This document shows positions 40,314-50,727 of a stretch of 64,000 nt of DNA, piece by piece. Numbering within the stretch: position 1 is the stretch's first letter; the number at the start of each line of letters is the position of its first letter. The position numbers and the translations under genes are program-made. The DNA comes from an uncultured Gemmatimonadales bacterium (GTDB lineage Bacteria; Gemmatimonadota; Gemmatimonadetes; Longimicrobiales; Longimicrobiaceae): the NCBI GenBank assembly GCA_963716255.1, contig OY970303.1:8224001-8288000 (forward strand). Direction: 5' to 3'. Below the pieces are notes generated by a model, which made no database searches, was not told where the DNA came from, and worked only from the letters and a program-made list of their open reading frames with translations.

Positions 40314-42653
40314 TCACCGGTCGGCCGGCGCAACGGGGTCAGGGCAGGGAGGCAGGGGGATGCGCGCAATCACGCAGGTGCCGATTCCCGGGATCGACTT
40401 CACGCCGAACCAGCCACCGGCAAGCTGCGCGCGCTCCCGCATGCTCACCATCCCCAGCCCCGGCTCGTCGGACGCGGTGTCGCTCATGCCGCAGCCATCG
40501 TCGCTGACGGTCAGCCGGAGCTGCCCCTCGGTCCGCGCCACCTCCACCCAGGCGTTCTTCGCGCGCGCGTGGCGGGTGACGTTCCGCAGGGCCTCCTGCA
40601 CGATCCGGTACGCCGCCAGGGAAGGCCCGCGGGGCAGGTGCTCGGCGTCGCCGGTGATCTTCACGTGGACGACGATCCCCGCCACGACCCCCGCTTCCAG
40701 ACAGTGCGAGCGGATCGCGGTCGCCAGCCCGGCGATGTCGAGCAGCGCGGGGTGCAGCCGGTGCGAGATGCCCCGGATCCTGTCGGCCAGCAGGTCCAGG
40801 CCTTCATGCAGCGCCACCAGGGCGGCGGCGTGGTCGGGTCGTGGCGCGAACAGGCGCTGTAGGGCGTCGACCTGGAACGCCAGCATCGCGACCAGCTGCC
40901 CGGCGTCGTCGTGAATCTCGCGCGCTACATGCGTGCGTTCCTCGTCCTGCGCTGCAAGCAGCCGGACGGCGAGCGCGCGGAGCGCCTCCTCGCTCTTCTC
41001 CAGCGCGGCCTGCGACCGGTGCCGTTCGGTGACCTCGCGCACGATGCTGAGCACCTCGTCGCTCCCGCAGCGCACCAGCCGCGCCTCGTAGTCCCGCTGC
41101 CCCTCTCCCATGTCGAGGGAGTAGTCCGCCACGGCTGGCCCGCCGGTGTCCAGCGCCTCGGCGATGCAGCGCCCCAGCATGGCGGCGAGGTCCGGCGGGA
41201 GTACGTCCGCCATCCTGCGGCCCAGGAAGGCTTCGGGAGGCACCAGCAGCTCGGCACCTTCGGGCACGTGGTAGTCCAGGTAGCGTCCTTCCCCGTCCTG
41301 CACGAACATCAGGTCGGGGACGGCGGCGAGGACCGCCCGGCGGCGTGCCTCGCTCGCGCGCAGCGCGAGGTCGGCCTCCTTCCACTCGGTCTCGTCCACG
41401 CACACCCCGATCAGGCATTCCACCGCGACGCCCGGGCCGGGGTGCGCGCGTCCCCGGGTGCGCACCCAGCGCACCGCACCGCCGGGGCGGACGATCCGGA
41501 GCTCGGCCTCGAACACCCCCTCGCGGATTGCCCGCACGGCCTCCTGCCGGGCCCGTGAACGGTCGTCCGGGTGGATCAGCGCCATCACGGAGTCCGCGTC
41601 CGGGAGCGAAGCCTGGGAGAGGCCGAAGACGGGGGAGCCGGCCGGAGACCACGACAGGGTGCCGGTGCGTACGGTCCATTCCCAGATGGCGGTGTTCGAC
41701 GCCTCCATCGCCAGGCTCAGGCGCGTATCGCCCAGCAGAAGCCGCCGCGCCGAGGTGGCGCGCTCCTCGACCAGCGACGCCAGGAGCAGGACGGGCACCA
41801 GCAGCGCCAGCTGGGAGGTCTGCACCTCGACCTGCGCGCTCCGTGAATCCAGGCAACCCGGCATCCCGACCTGCAGCAGCACGACCATCAGCCCCGCCAG
41901 CGTGAGCCCCGCCCCCGCCGGGCCGAAGCGCACCACCGCCCACAGCAGCACCGGCAGCAGCGCGGCGGTCCGGGCGGTCTCCATCGCGGTCCCGGCGGAG
42001 ATCCCCTGTCCGGCCACCCACCCCGATCCGGCTGCGGCCAGCCCCAGCAGCGCCGCCTCGCCCAGCCGCCATGCTCCGGCGCGCCACGGTGCCGCGCCGG
42101 CCAGGAGTACCAGCCCCACGGGACCGATGCAGGCCACGGCGAGGGCATCGCTGAGGAATTCCCGCGATGAAACGGGCCCCAGGGCATCGCTGCCATGAAC
42201 GCCGTGGAGCCCGGCGGTCAGGAAGGCAGCCGCAGCCGGCGCGGCGAGGACGGCTCCACCCACGAACGCCGCCATTCCCCGCAGGCAGTTGAGGCGCAGG
42301 CCCCCCCCGTTGAGCAGGCGCACGAGTCCGGCAGCCATCACCGCCAGGACGCACTGGTGCCCGTATTCGGTCCACAGCACCGGGAACGGAGCGGATGGGT
42401 GCGTGACGAGGTGGGCCACGCCCCCGGCCAGCAGGAGCAGCGGCCACATGGGGAGAGCCGAGGCGGCCAGCGACACCACCAGCACCGCACCGGACGGCCG
42501 GACCAACGCGGGGGCGGAGCCCGGCACCGCGAACACGAGACCGGCCAGGGCCGCCAGCGCGTACGCTCCGGCGACCGACAGCATCCACCCGGCGCCCCGG
42601 CGAGCCAGGCCGAAGCCGCCCCCCGCCGACCGTCCGGCGGGCGTGGCTACCAT
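40314..42653 (-). CDS. MASE1-PAS sensor histidine kinase (HisKA_3 type); start uncertain
   Basis: TM-rich N-terminus, PAS domains, ERTHVAREIHD, QEALRNVTRHA, GLGMVSMRER. Confidence 0.88.
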   Translation of the reverse strand: MVATPAGRSAGGGFGLARRGAGWMLSVAGAYALAALAGLVFAVPGSAPALVRPSGAVLVVSLAASALPMWPLLLLAGGVAHLVTHPSAPFPVLWTEYGHQCVLAVMAAGLVRLLNGGGLRLNCLRGMAAFVGGAVLAAPAAAAFLTAGLHGVHGSDALGPVSSREFLSDALAVACIGPVGLVLLAGAAPWRAGAWRLGEAALLGLAAAGSGWVAGQGISAGTAMETARTAALLPVLLWAVVRFGPAGAGLTLAGLMVVLLQVGMPGCLDSRSAQVEVQTSQLALLVPVLLLASLVEERATSARRLLLGDTRLSLAMEASNTAIWEWTVRTGTLSWSPAGSPVFGLSQASLPDADSVMALIHPDDRSRARQEAVRAIREGVFEAELRIVRPGGAVRWVRTRGRAHPGPGVAVECLIGVCVDETEWKEADLALRASEARRRAVLAAVPDLMFVQDGEGRYLDYHVPEGAELLVPPEAFLGRRMADVLPPDLAAMLGRCIAEALDTGGPAVADYSLDMGEGQRDYEARLVRCGSDEVLSIVREVTERHRSQAALEKSEEALRALAVRLLAAQDEERTHVAREIHDDAGQLVAMLAFQVDALQRLFAPRPDHAAALVALHEGLDLLADRIRGISHRLHPALLDIAGLATAIRSHCLEAGVVAGIVVHVKITGDAEHLPRGPSLAAYRIVQEALRNVTRHARAKNAWVEVARTEGQLRLTVSDDGCGMSDTASDEPGLGMVSMRERAQLAGGWFGVKSIPGIGTCVIARIPLPPCPDPVAPADR

Positions 42654-42705
42654 CCGCGGATCCGGCCCCGCGACTCCCTCCTGCGGCCAGGGCCAGGCGG
42701 CGCGA

Positions 42706-43419
42706 TCACGGCTGCTCCGCACTGCGGCGGGCGAAGGCGGGACCATCTTCCGGTGTGCCGGCGAACGCATCCATGGCGATCAGCCCCAGGCGGATGGCGT
42801 GCAGTACAAGCTCCGCCGTGGAGTGCACCCCGAGCAGCTCCATCACCAAGTACTTGTGCGACTCCGCGGTCCGGCGGGACACGTGCAGGAGCGCAGCCAC
42901 CTGTTTCATGCTGTGGCCTTCGGCGACCAGCTGGAGAACCTGCCGCTGCCGGGGTGTCAGCCGCGCGTGTGGATCCCCGTCACGCCCCGCCAGCAGTGAG
43001 GCGACCAAATCGCGCCGGATCGATGGACTGATGTACTCGCGGCCCTCGAGAACCACATGCACCGCCTCGATCAGGTCTGCTCCCGCCGACTGCTTCAGGA
43101 CGAATCCGGAAGCGCCGGCGCGGATCGCCTCCGCGGCCAGGTAGGGGCTGTCGTGCATCGTGACCACGATCAGCCGTGCCCGCGGAGCCACCTGCCTCAG
43201 CTCGCGCAGGGCGTCGATTCCGTTCAGCCGCGGCATGCTGATGTCCGTCACCACCACGTCCGGCAGCAGTGTGCCCGCCGCGGTGACCAGCTCCCGGCCG
43301 TCCCCCACCCGCCCCGCCAGCTCGAAGTCGTCACGCAGGAGTTTGGCGATCCCGTCGGCCACCAGCGCGTGGTCGTCGGCTACCAGTACACGAGTTCTGT
43401 TTCCCACGTCGACCTCCAT
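42706..43419 (-). CDS. NarL/LuxR-family response regulator
   Basis: VLVADDH, DISMP.LNG, LTPRQRQVLQLVAEG HTH. Confidence 0.93.
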   Translation of the reverse strand: MEVDVGNRTRVLVADDHALVADGIAKLLRDDFELAGRVGDGRELVTAAGTLLPDVVVTDISMPRLNGIDALRELRQVAPRARLIVVTMHDSPYLAAEAIRAGASGFVLKQSAGADLIEAVHVVLEGREYISPSIRRDLVASLLAGRDGDPHARLTPRQRQVLQLVAEGHSMKQVAALLHVSRRTAESHKYLVMELLGVHSTAELVLHAIRLGLIAMDAFAGTPEDGPAFARRSAEQP

Positions 43420-43808
43420 GGATAGCTCCCGCCAAACCTAGAACTCTATATGTTGGGTGTCAACAAACCTTGTACATACCATATGCTGTGTCAACAGGCG
43501 AGAGATCGGATCGTGGACGCTCTTGGCGAAACGTGGCCGGCGCGGACAGATCATCCTCGTGTTCGCCGGGACTCGGGCTCCTGGCTCGGCCCCGCCCGAG
43601 GGTGTTCACGCCTTGGCGGTCCGGTGCGCACTGTCCGCTCTGTCCACACTTACTGCATGGCGAGCAAAGTCGCAACCCGTAAAAGTACTGAATTTTGTCC
43701 GAAAATAACTTGCCGCAGTATGATGCGAAAGTGCGTCCTGATCCCGATGGGACCTCCCCACTGCCGGAGACTCCGGGAGCGGGGGCGGTCACCGCATCCC
43801 TCGCCTGT

Positions 43809-43823
43809 CAACTTTCTCCAAGA
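43809..43823 (+). promoter_or_regulatory. Island regulon box CAACTTTCTCCAAGA
   Basis: GATGAT 20 nt downstream; 77 nt before the ATG at 43900. Confidence 0.6.
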
Positions 43824-43899
43824 CCGGAGCCCCCCCCTCGGCAGATGATCGTGGATACGCCTGCCGCGGCGAGCAGACAACCTGGTTCCCGAGGAATGC

Positions 43900-44565
43900 A
43901 TGCCCCCACCGACACTCCAAGTCATCGCCGCCCTCTTCCCGGACCACGACGGCGCACGGCGCGCTCTGGCGGCCATCTCCATGGCCATGCGCACGCCGGG
44001 CTGCGGCGTCCTCGACGCCGTCGCGGTGACCCGCGCCGACACGGGTACGCTGGTGCTGCTGGAGGCAGCGCAGTGGATCGACGGGAGCTTTCTCGTGGCG
44101 GCGCCCACCGCGGCGGTCCTGGAGCTGCTGGGCTGCGGCGGAGGGAGGACCGAGGACCGGTCCGGTCCGAGCGTGCAGGCAGTGCGGCCGCCCTGTTCGG
44201 GGGTTCCCAGGGAGCAGCTGCGCGCGCTCGGCTCCCTGCTCACCCCTGCTGCCTCCGCGCTGGTCGCCGTCGTGGCGCCTCTCGGGGCAGCGGAGGTGGC
44301 CGGCGGGCTGATGGAGGAAGCCTCGAAGCTGGCGGTGGAAGACCTGCCCGTTTCGGCCGTATGCGAAATGGCGGACCGGCCCGCCCTGCTCTTTGCGCCC
44401 GGCGACCCCGTGGCGGCTCCATCCGGTCGCACGCGCGCGCCGCATCCGGCGTTCGCCGCGTACGGGGCGGCGTGGGGCCGTCCGGGGTCGTTCGCGGGGC
44501 CGGAGGTGCCGGCGGGGAGCGCCGACGGAGAGCAAGGAGGCCGGGATGCTGTCGCGGCAAGATGA
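43900..44565 (+). CDS. DUF1269-like protein (divergent paralog of 10080-10742)
   Basis: FPDHDGARRAL, LDAVAVTR, LRALGSLLTPAASALVAVV resemble the gene at 10742. Confidence 0.5.
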   Translation: MPPPTLQVIAALFPDHDGARRALAAISMAMRTPGCGVLDAVAVTRADTGTLVLLEAAQWIDGSFLVAAPTAAVLELLGCGGGRTEDRSGPSVQAVRPPCSGVPREQLRALGSLLTPAASALVAVVAPLGAAEVAGGLMEEASKLAVEDLPVSAVCEMADRPALLFAPGDPVAAPSGRTRAPHPAFAAYGAAWGRPGSFAGPEVPAGSADGEQGGRDAVAAR

Positions 44566-44846
44566 TGCGGCGGCATCCGCCGCGGAGCGGAGTGCACGCG
44601 CAGGGGAAAGGCGGGCGGCGGCGGCATGTTCGGAATGGTCCGCCCGCAGCGTCCGGCGCGCATCGCGTCGGCCCATGAGTCCCGCCGAAGGACGGAACGG
44701 CCGCCTTCCCCCCTCATGTTCGATCATCCAGCCGGGGCAAGTCGCGAGCGACGCCCCGTGTACGTACGGGTCACCCCCTGATTCCGCTTGCCTGGCAGCG
44801 GCGGCATGGGGACCGGGTGAACGGTAGGGGAGTGCTGTCCACAGAT

Positions 44847-44862
44847 TCTTGTAGAATGTTTG
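44847..44862 (-). promoter_or_regulatory. Island regulon box variant CAAACATTCTACAAGA
   Basis: TACCGT 20 nt downstream; no clear gene follows. Confidence 0.5.
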
Positions 44863-45139
44863 CCCACCATCGGCCGCAGGACGGAAACCGCCACCTCCTG
44901 CGTGGAGCGGTGCCTGTGAATGCCGTATGCCCACGGTAGGGTCATGGGAATATTACGGATGGAAGTAATATGGTCATCCCATTAGCATCGCATGGGAGGG
45001 TGCGCTGAAGCACCCCATCCGCTCGGGATCGATCACACGGCAGTGGGATCGGAGAGCGCGTTACGGGACTTTTTTTCTATCAATCTGACGACGTTGCCCG
45101 TGGTCGGACGGGAGTGCGTCGCACCGAGGGAGCGCGAAG

Positions 45140-45964
45140 ATGACGACTAGCCAGGTTCCGACGCTGCGGTGCCCTGCGGAAGGGCTCGAAGTTCAAGCAG
45201 GTGTGGCGCCTGTCGGCTGGGAGCCGCGCGTGGTCTACGGCCACGACCTGCTCCTGCTCCTCGACATTCCCGCGGCGCGGGTACGCTGCCGCCGGCGTGT
45301 CGACCCGCTGCCGCCGGCGGTGCTCGCCCTGGTGGAATCCGGAGAGGTGCTGGGTGTGCAGCTGGCCTCTGCGACTCATTTCCGCGAGCTGCGCCTGGAA
45401 CCCGGGATGCTCGCGGCGGCCGCCGCGCACCGGACCTGCGGCCGCGGTTGGGGCCGGGCACCGCGCGCCGTCGCATGCCTGGTCGCCGGATGGGGCCTCT
45501 GCGAGGCGGCCGACGCGGTGGACGGTGAGGAGGCCGCCTGCCGCCTGCTGGAACGGACCCTCGCGGCCTACGGGTGTACGGTGCGGGTGCCGGCCGAAGT
45601 GCAAATGGAGCATGCCGTGGTCGGCCGCGTCCGCGACCACCTGCGCGCGAACTACCGGCGCCAGGTCACGCTCGCGGAGCTGGCCACGCTCGCCGGGATG
45701 TGCCGGTTCGCTCTGGTGCGCGCGTTCACCAAGGAGGTCGGGATCCCCCCGCACGCCTACCAGACGCGACTCCGCGTGCTGGCGGCGCGCGAGATGATCG
45801 CCGCCGGCCATCGGCTCAGCGCCGTGGCGGCCGAGATGGGCTTTACCGACCAGAGCCACCTGAACCGTCACTTCAAGCAGCAGGTGGGGCTGCCCCCCGG
45901 CGAGTACGCCCGGATCGCCGCGGCGCGGCAGTCGGTCCCGTACGCCGAGCTGCGCCGGGCGTGA
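45140..45964 (+). CDS. AraC-family transcriptional regulator
   Basis: VTLAELA.LAG, GIPPHAYQ, GFTDQSHLNRHFK..VG.PPG.Y double HTH. Confidence 0.9.
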   Translation: MTTSQVPTLRCPAEGLEVQAGVAPVGWEPRVVYGHDLLLLLDIPAARVRCRRRVDPLPPAVLALVESGEVLGVQLASATHFRELRLEPGMLAAAAAHRTCGRGWGRAPRAVACLVAGWGLCEAADAVDGEEAACRLLERTLAAYGCTVRVPAEVQMEHAVVGRVRDHLRANYRRQVTLAELATLAGMCRFALVRAFTKEVGIPPHAYQTRLRVLAAREMIAAGHRLSAVAAEMGFTDQSHLNRHFKQQVGLPPGEYARIAAARQSVPYAELRRA

Positions 45965-46067
45965 TGCCCGCGCTCCCCGGCTCCCGCACGACATCGAGCC
46001 GCATACCCCCCACCCCGCCCGTCCGGATTTCACCCGGGCGGGCCGCCCCAGGCGGTCCACGAACGCG

Positions 46068-46082
46068 CAACATCGTCCAATC
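46068..46082 (+). promoter_or_regulatory. Island regulon box CAACATCGTCCAATC
   Basis: Directly after araC; CACGTT 19 nt downstream. Confidence 0.65.
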
Positions 46083-46150
46083 GCGGAGAGCATCTCTCCT
46101 GCACGTTCCAGAGGGATCCCGCGGCCAGACCCCCCTAAGGAAGGCTATCC

Positions 46151-49045
46151 GTGACTACCCCAGCCGCCGCAGACGCGACTCTCGCCGCCTCGTGCCCCTA
46201 CCCATCCCCGGGCGCACCGGGCGGGGCCGCTCTGCCCGAGCTGGTCCGGATCGCCCGGCTCGCCGCCCGGATCCTCGACGCACCGGCCACACTCGTCACC
46301 TTGGTGGGAGAGGACGGTGAGATGGTGGCGGCCGGGGTGGGGCTGCGCGCAGCGCTCAGAGTGGGGGCGGCGCTGCCGCTCTCGGCAGCCCTGCCGCTGC
46401 GAGCCGGAGAGCCCGGAAGGCTTGCCCTCGCCGACTCGCGCCGCAGGACGGGGCCGCACTTCGCGGCGCTCGCGCGCTCCGGGGTCGTGGCATGTCTGGC
46501 GCACCCGTTTCTCGACGGCTGCGGAACCCTTCGGGGCACCCTTGCCGCGATCGACTTCCTGCCGCGGTCGTGGGGCAAGGACGAGGTGGCGGTGCTGGGC
46601 GACCTGGCCATGTTCGCCGGATCCGCGGTGGAGCTGACCGAGACCCGCGTCCACGTGCGCCAGGCGAACGGTGCGCTGGAGGCGGCGCGGGCCGCGCTCA
46701 CGAGCGCCGGGGCCCTTCGCAGGGTCGCCGAGCAGCCACCGGTAGGGCTGGTTACGCTGGAGGAAGGCCGGATCTGCTGGGCGAACAGCGAATTCGCCCG
46801 GACTGTCGGGTACACCCTGGACGAGCTCATGTCCATGGAGTCCCCCGAAGACCTCCTCTTCGACGGCACGGACCGCGAGCGGATGCTGCGGCAGGCCGCC
46901 ACGCTGGAGCCCGGGGCCGGGAGCGTGCACGTGTGCACGCCGTTGCGACGTCGAGACGGGTCGAGCGTGCGCGTGGAACTGCGCCTCGGCCGCGTCGCGG
47001 AAAGCGACCGCTTCCTGCTGGTCGGCGCCGTACAGGACGTGAGCATCGCCGCCGCCGAGGACGAGAGGCTGCGCGCCGACCTTGCTCGGTTCCGTCGCGC
47101 GTTCGACGACGACCTGTGCGGCGTCGTGATCGCCGCGGCGGACTGCCGGATCATCGCCTGCAACGCGGAGTTCGCCCGCATCACCGGTTTTCCGTCGGCG
47201 GAGGCGGCAGTGGGGGTGGCGTTGAACCGGCTGGAGCCCGAACCCGGCGAACTGGCGGCGCGGGTCGGCCGCCTGCGCCGGGAGCGTGGCTCCACCGAGC
47301 CCGGCGAGCTGGAGCTGATCCGCCGCGACGGCACGCGCGTGAAAGTGGTGGCGCGGCTCGCAGCGGACTTCGATCCCGGTGGCGCACCGGCGGAGTACCG
47401 AGGCTACCTTGTCGACGTCACCCAGCGCGCACTGCGCGAAGAGGCGCTTCGCCTGACCGGCGAGCGCCTGCGGCTCCTGGAGCTCGCCACGAACGACGTG
47501 ACCTGGGACTGGGACCTCACCACCGGGCAGATGACGTGGAACGACGCGGGTCCGCTCCGCCTCCGCTACGCGCCCGACGAGGTGCAGCCGTCGCTCGCGT
47601 GGCACTTCGAGAGGGTGCACCCCCACGACCGCGAACGCGTGGTTGCGGGGCTGCACGAGGCCATCAGCGGCGTGGCCCAGGCGTGGACCGACGAGTACCG
47701 CTTCCTGCGCGGTGACGGTACCTACGCCACCGTGCACGACCGTGCGCACGTGATGCGCAACAGCCGGGGCGAGCCGGTGCGCGTGACGGGATGGATGGTG
47801 GACGTGACCGAGCGCAAGCGCGGCGAGGAGGCGCAGCGGTTTCTGGCCCAGGCCAGCGCGACCCTCGATTCATCGCTGAACGTGGGGATCACGGCAACCA
47901 ACCTCGTGCGGCTCTGCATTCCCGTGCTGGCGGACTTCTGCGCCCTGGACCTGGTGGCCGAGGACGGAGCGGTACAGCGCGTGGCCGTGGCGCACCACCG
48001 GCACGCGCGCGAGCACCTGCTGGCGGCGGACGCGCACCTGCCGGCGGGAACGCCTGCCGGGACCAACCCCGTGGCCCAGGTGGCGCGTACCGGCGAGCCC
48101 GTGCTGCGCGCCGAGTGTGACGAACCGGCGCTGGCGGCGCTGGACGCCTCGCTGGGCGCGGGGCATGCCCGACGGCTGGGAACGCACTCGTACATGCTGG
48201 TGCCGGTCGTCGCACACGAGCGGGTGCTGGCGGTGCTCACTCTGGGGCTTGCACAGCGCGGCCGCCGGTACGGGCCCATGGACCTGATGCTGGCCAAGGA
48301 CCTGGCACACCGCGCCGCGCTCTCGCTCGAGAACGCCCGCCTGTACGAGACGGCGCAGCGGGCCCTCGGTGCGCGCGAGGAAATCCTCGGCGTGGTGTCG
48401 CACGACCTGCGCAGCCCGCTCAGCGCCATCGTCATGAGCACAGAGGCCCTCGCCGACGACAGCCTCGGATCGCGCATGAGCCCGCACCAGTGGATCGACA
48501 TGATCCGCCGCGCGGCCGACCAGATGAACGCCTTGATCGACGACCTGCTCGACGTGAGCAGCATGGAGGCAGGGCGCTTCGAGGTGGTGCCCTCGCTCCA
48601 GGACCTGCCCAGACTCCTGGCGGAAAGCTGCGAGCAGTTCTACCCGATCTGCAAGGTCCACGACCTGAAGCTGGAGTGCCTCGTGGACGGCGAGTTCCCC
48701 CTGATCGCCCTCGACGCGCGGCAGATCCGGCGGGTGATCGGCAACCTGATTGGAAACGCCATCAAGTTCTCGCGCCGCGGAGGCGTGATCCGCGTGCGCG
48801 TGGAGCATGCCGAGGGCGAGCTGTGGGTCGCCGTTTCCGACGAGGGGGTGGGGATCTCCGAAGAGCACCTCCCGCACGTGTTCGACCGGTTCTGGAAGGC
48901 AAACCAGGTAGACCGCAGGGGCGCCGGACTCGGCCTGGCGATTTCCCGTGGAATCGTGGAGGCGCATGGCGGCCGTATCTGGGTGGATAGCCCCGTCGGC
49001 GTGGGGAGCACCTTCCGATTCTCGCTCCCGCTTCCCGAGGAGTAG
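46151..49045 (+). CDS. GAF/PAS sensor histidine kinase, paralog of 12831-15782
   Basis: VSHDLRSPL, NLIGNAIKFS, GAGLGLAI; shares ELATNDV.W.W and RGEPVRVTGWM.DVT with the other kinase. Confidence 0.92.
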   Translation: MTTPAAADATLAASCPYPSPGAPGGAALPELVRIARLAARILDAPATLVTLVGEDGEMVAAGVGLRAALRVGAALPLSAALPLRAGEPGRLALADSRRRTGPHFAALARSGVVACLAHPFLDGCGTLRGTLAAIDFLPRSWGKDEVAVLGDLAMFAGSAVELTETRVHVRQANGALEAARAALTSAGALRRVAEQPPVGLVTLEEGRICWANSEFARTVGYTLDELMSMESPEDLLFDGTDRERMLRQAATLEPGAGSVHVCTPLRRRDGSSVRVELRLGRVAESDRFLLVGAVQDVSIAAAEDERLRADLARFRRAFDDDLCGVVIAAADCRIIACNAEFARITGFPSAEAAVGVALNRLEPEPGELAARVGRLRRERGSTEPGELELIRRDGTRVKVVARLAADFDPGGAPAEYRGYLVDVTQRALREEALRLTGERLRLLELATNDVTWDWDLTTGQMTWNDAGPLRLRYAPDEVQPSLAWHFERVHPHDRERVVAGLHEAISGVAQAWTDEYRFLRGDGTYATVHDRAHVMRNSRGEPVRVTGWMVDVTERKRGEEAQRFLAQASATLDSSLNVGITATNLVRLCIPVLADFCALDLVAEDGAVQRVAVAHHRHAREHLLAADAHLPAGTPAGTNPVAQVARTGEPVLRAECDEPALAALDASLGAGHARRLGTHSYMLVPVVAHERVLAVLTLGLAQRGRRYGPMDLMLAKDLAHRAALSLENARLYETAQRALGAREEILGVVSHDLRSPLSAIVMSTEALADDSLGSRMSPHQWIDMIRRAADQMNALIDDLLDVSSMEAGRFEVVPSLQDLPRLLAESCEQFYPICKVHDLKLECLVDGEFPLIALDARQIRRVIGNLIGNAIKFSRRGGVIRVRVEHAEGELWVAVSDEGVGISEEHLPHVFDRFWKANQVDRRGAGLGLAISRGIVEAHGGRIWVDSPVGVGSTFRFSLPLPEE

Positions 49046-49329
49046 GACCGGCGATCGGGTATGGATGAGGGCGAACGCATCATCGAGTTCACCCGACCTG
49101 TGGCAGCGGGGTCGCCCGATGTGATCTGCCGTCGTCGCCGGCCGCCTGAGATGAGATTGACGATGCCGCAGCGGGAGCCTTCAGGGTAACGGCTGACGAA
49201 ACCCTCCTCCGCAGTGCTGCTGCCCGGGCGGATGCTCAGCATGCGTGTCCCGCGACCTGCGATCGACCGGGGCTCCTGTTGCAAGGCGAAGCCTGGGCGC
49301 CTTCCTCATGCCGCCGGGGCGGGCACGAG

Positions 49330-50668
49330 ATGTCCCACATCCGCTCGCCGTGCCCGAGCACCCTCTCCATTCCCGGGCTGTCCAGGAACCGCGTGTGCCG
49401 GTGCATCGTCGAGAGGGTCCCGCTCAGCTCCCGGTCCTCCTTCTGCATCAGCTCCTGCGCGGCCGCGGTGACCGGCCGTAGCGGCGAGGCCGCCATCTCC
49501 GCGAGGAGCCGTTTGAACTGCTCCTCTCCGCCGGTCAGCAACCGCCGCCCCTGGAGCAGCGTCCGACTCTCCGGCTCGTGGGCGTACACGTAGCACACGT
49601 GCAGCAGCAGGGGACCGAAGAAGCCCTTCGCTTCGTCCGAGAAGTGCCGGTTCGGCCCCTCCTCGTCCGGGATGAGCATGCCGGCGATCATGCGCGCGAC
49701 GTCGACCGCGTCCTCCCGGTCCGTCCGGACCAGCGGCAGCGGATTCGCGGAGGCCAGGTACGGCAGGCTCCTGCCGCCGACGCCGGCCATGCGCGTCGTC
49801 TCGCCGAACGGATCGAGCACGAACACCTCCTGGCCCATCGCCACGCGCTTCCGATGCGTGACGAAGAAGTTCTCGCCCTTGACGTCGGTGCAGATGATGG
49901 AGCCCCCTACAGCAGCAGGTTGGGGATCACGCACCCCGTTCCCTTCCCGGTCTGGCTCGCGGCCGCGGTGATGAGATGTCCCCTGCCCCGCTCCAGGAGC
50001 AGCCTCCCATCCGGGAGCCTCCCGATCACCAGCGACTTCAGCACCGCCGGCTCGCCCTGCTCCCGGGCCCTCCTCAGCGCCGCGGCTTCCTTCTTCCGGA
50101 TCGCGAACATCGCCCCCGAGCCCCACTCTGCCGTACCGTGGGAGTTCGAGGCAGTCCTCATCCCGAGGCCGGCAAAGGCGACCCCCAGCCCCACCGCCGC
50201 CGCCAGCCCGCCCACTCCGAAGCCCAGCCAGGCCCGCAGCAGGGCCGGACCCATCTCCGGTATCCCCCGGTAGTCTATGAACGCCCAGCGCACGAACTCG
50301 GTGGGCACATACAGGGGGCCGCGCGCGACCGCGAAGCAGACGATGGCGAAGCCGAGCGACGGCACCAGGGTGGCCGGTCCGCCGCCGCGGAGCGCCGACG
50401 CCACGCCGCACGCGATCGCGAAGCCGCACGCGAGCCACGCCTCCGCCGGCGACACCGCCTCGCGCGGAAACAGCGGCGCCCCCAGGTTCGGATGGTAATC
50501 GAACACGTCGGCGAACACCTGAGTCGCCGCCGCGAGCCCGAACATCTCGCAGAGCAGCAGGATCAGAACCCCTTCCGCCGAGGAGAGGCCGAGCCCGCTG
50601 TTCCAGGTCGTGAGGAACTCCTGCGGGCGCGTGACCGCGCCGCCCGCGTCTTCCTTCGCGTTCGCCAT
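49330..50668 (-). pseudogene. virD4: VirD4/TraG coupling protein, frameshifted (~49907) and 3'-truncated
   Basis: SHGTAEW, Walker A AASQTGKG, VIPNLLL* then GGSIICTDVKGEN in another frame; homology fades after FLDSP. Confidence 0.85.
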
Positions 50669-50727
50669 CCCGTGTTCCGATTGAGATTGTTTCGGCCAGC
50701 GGCGCGGGGCACCGCCCCCGGGCGGGG

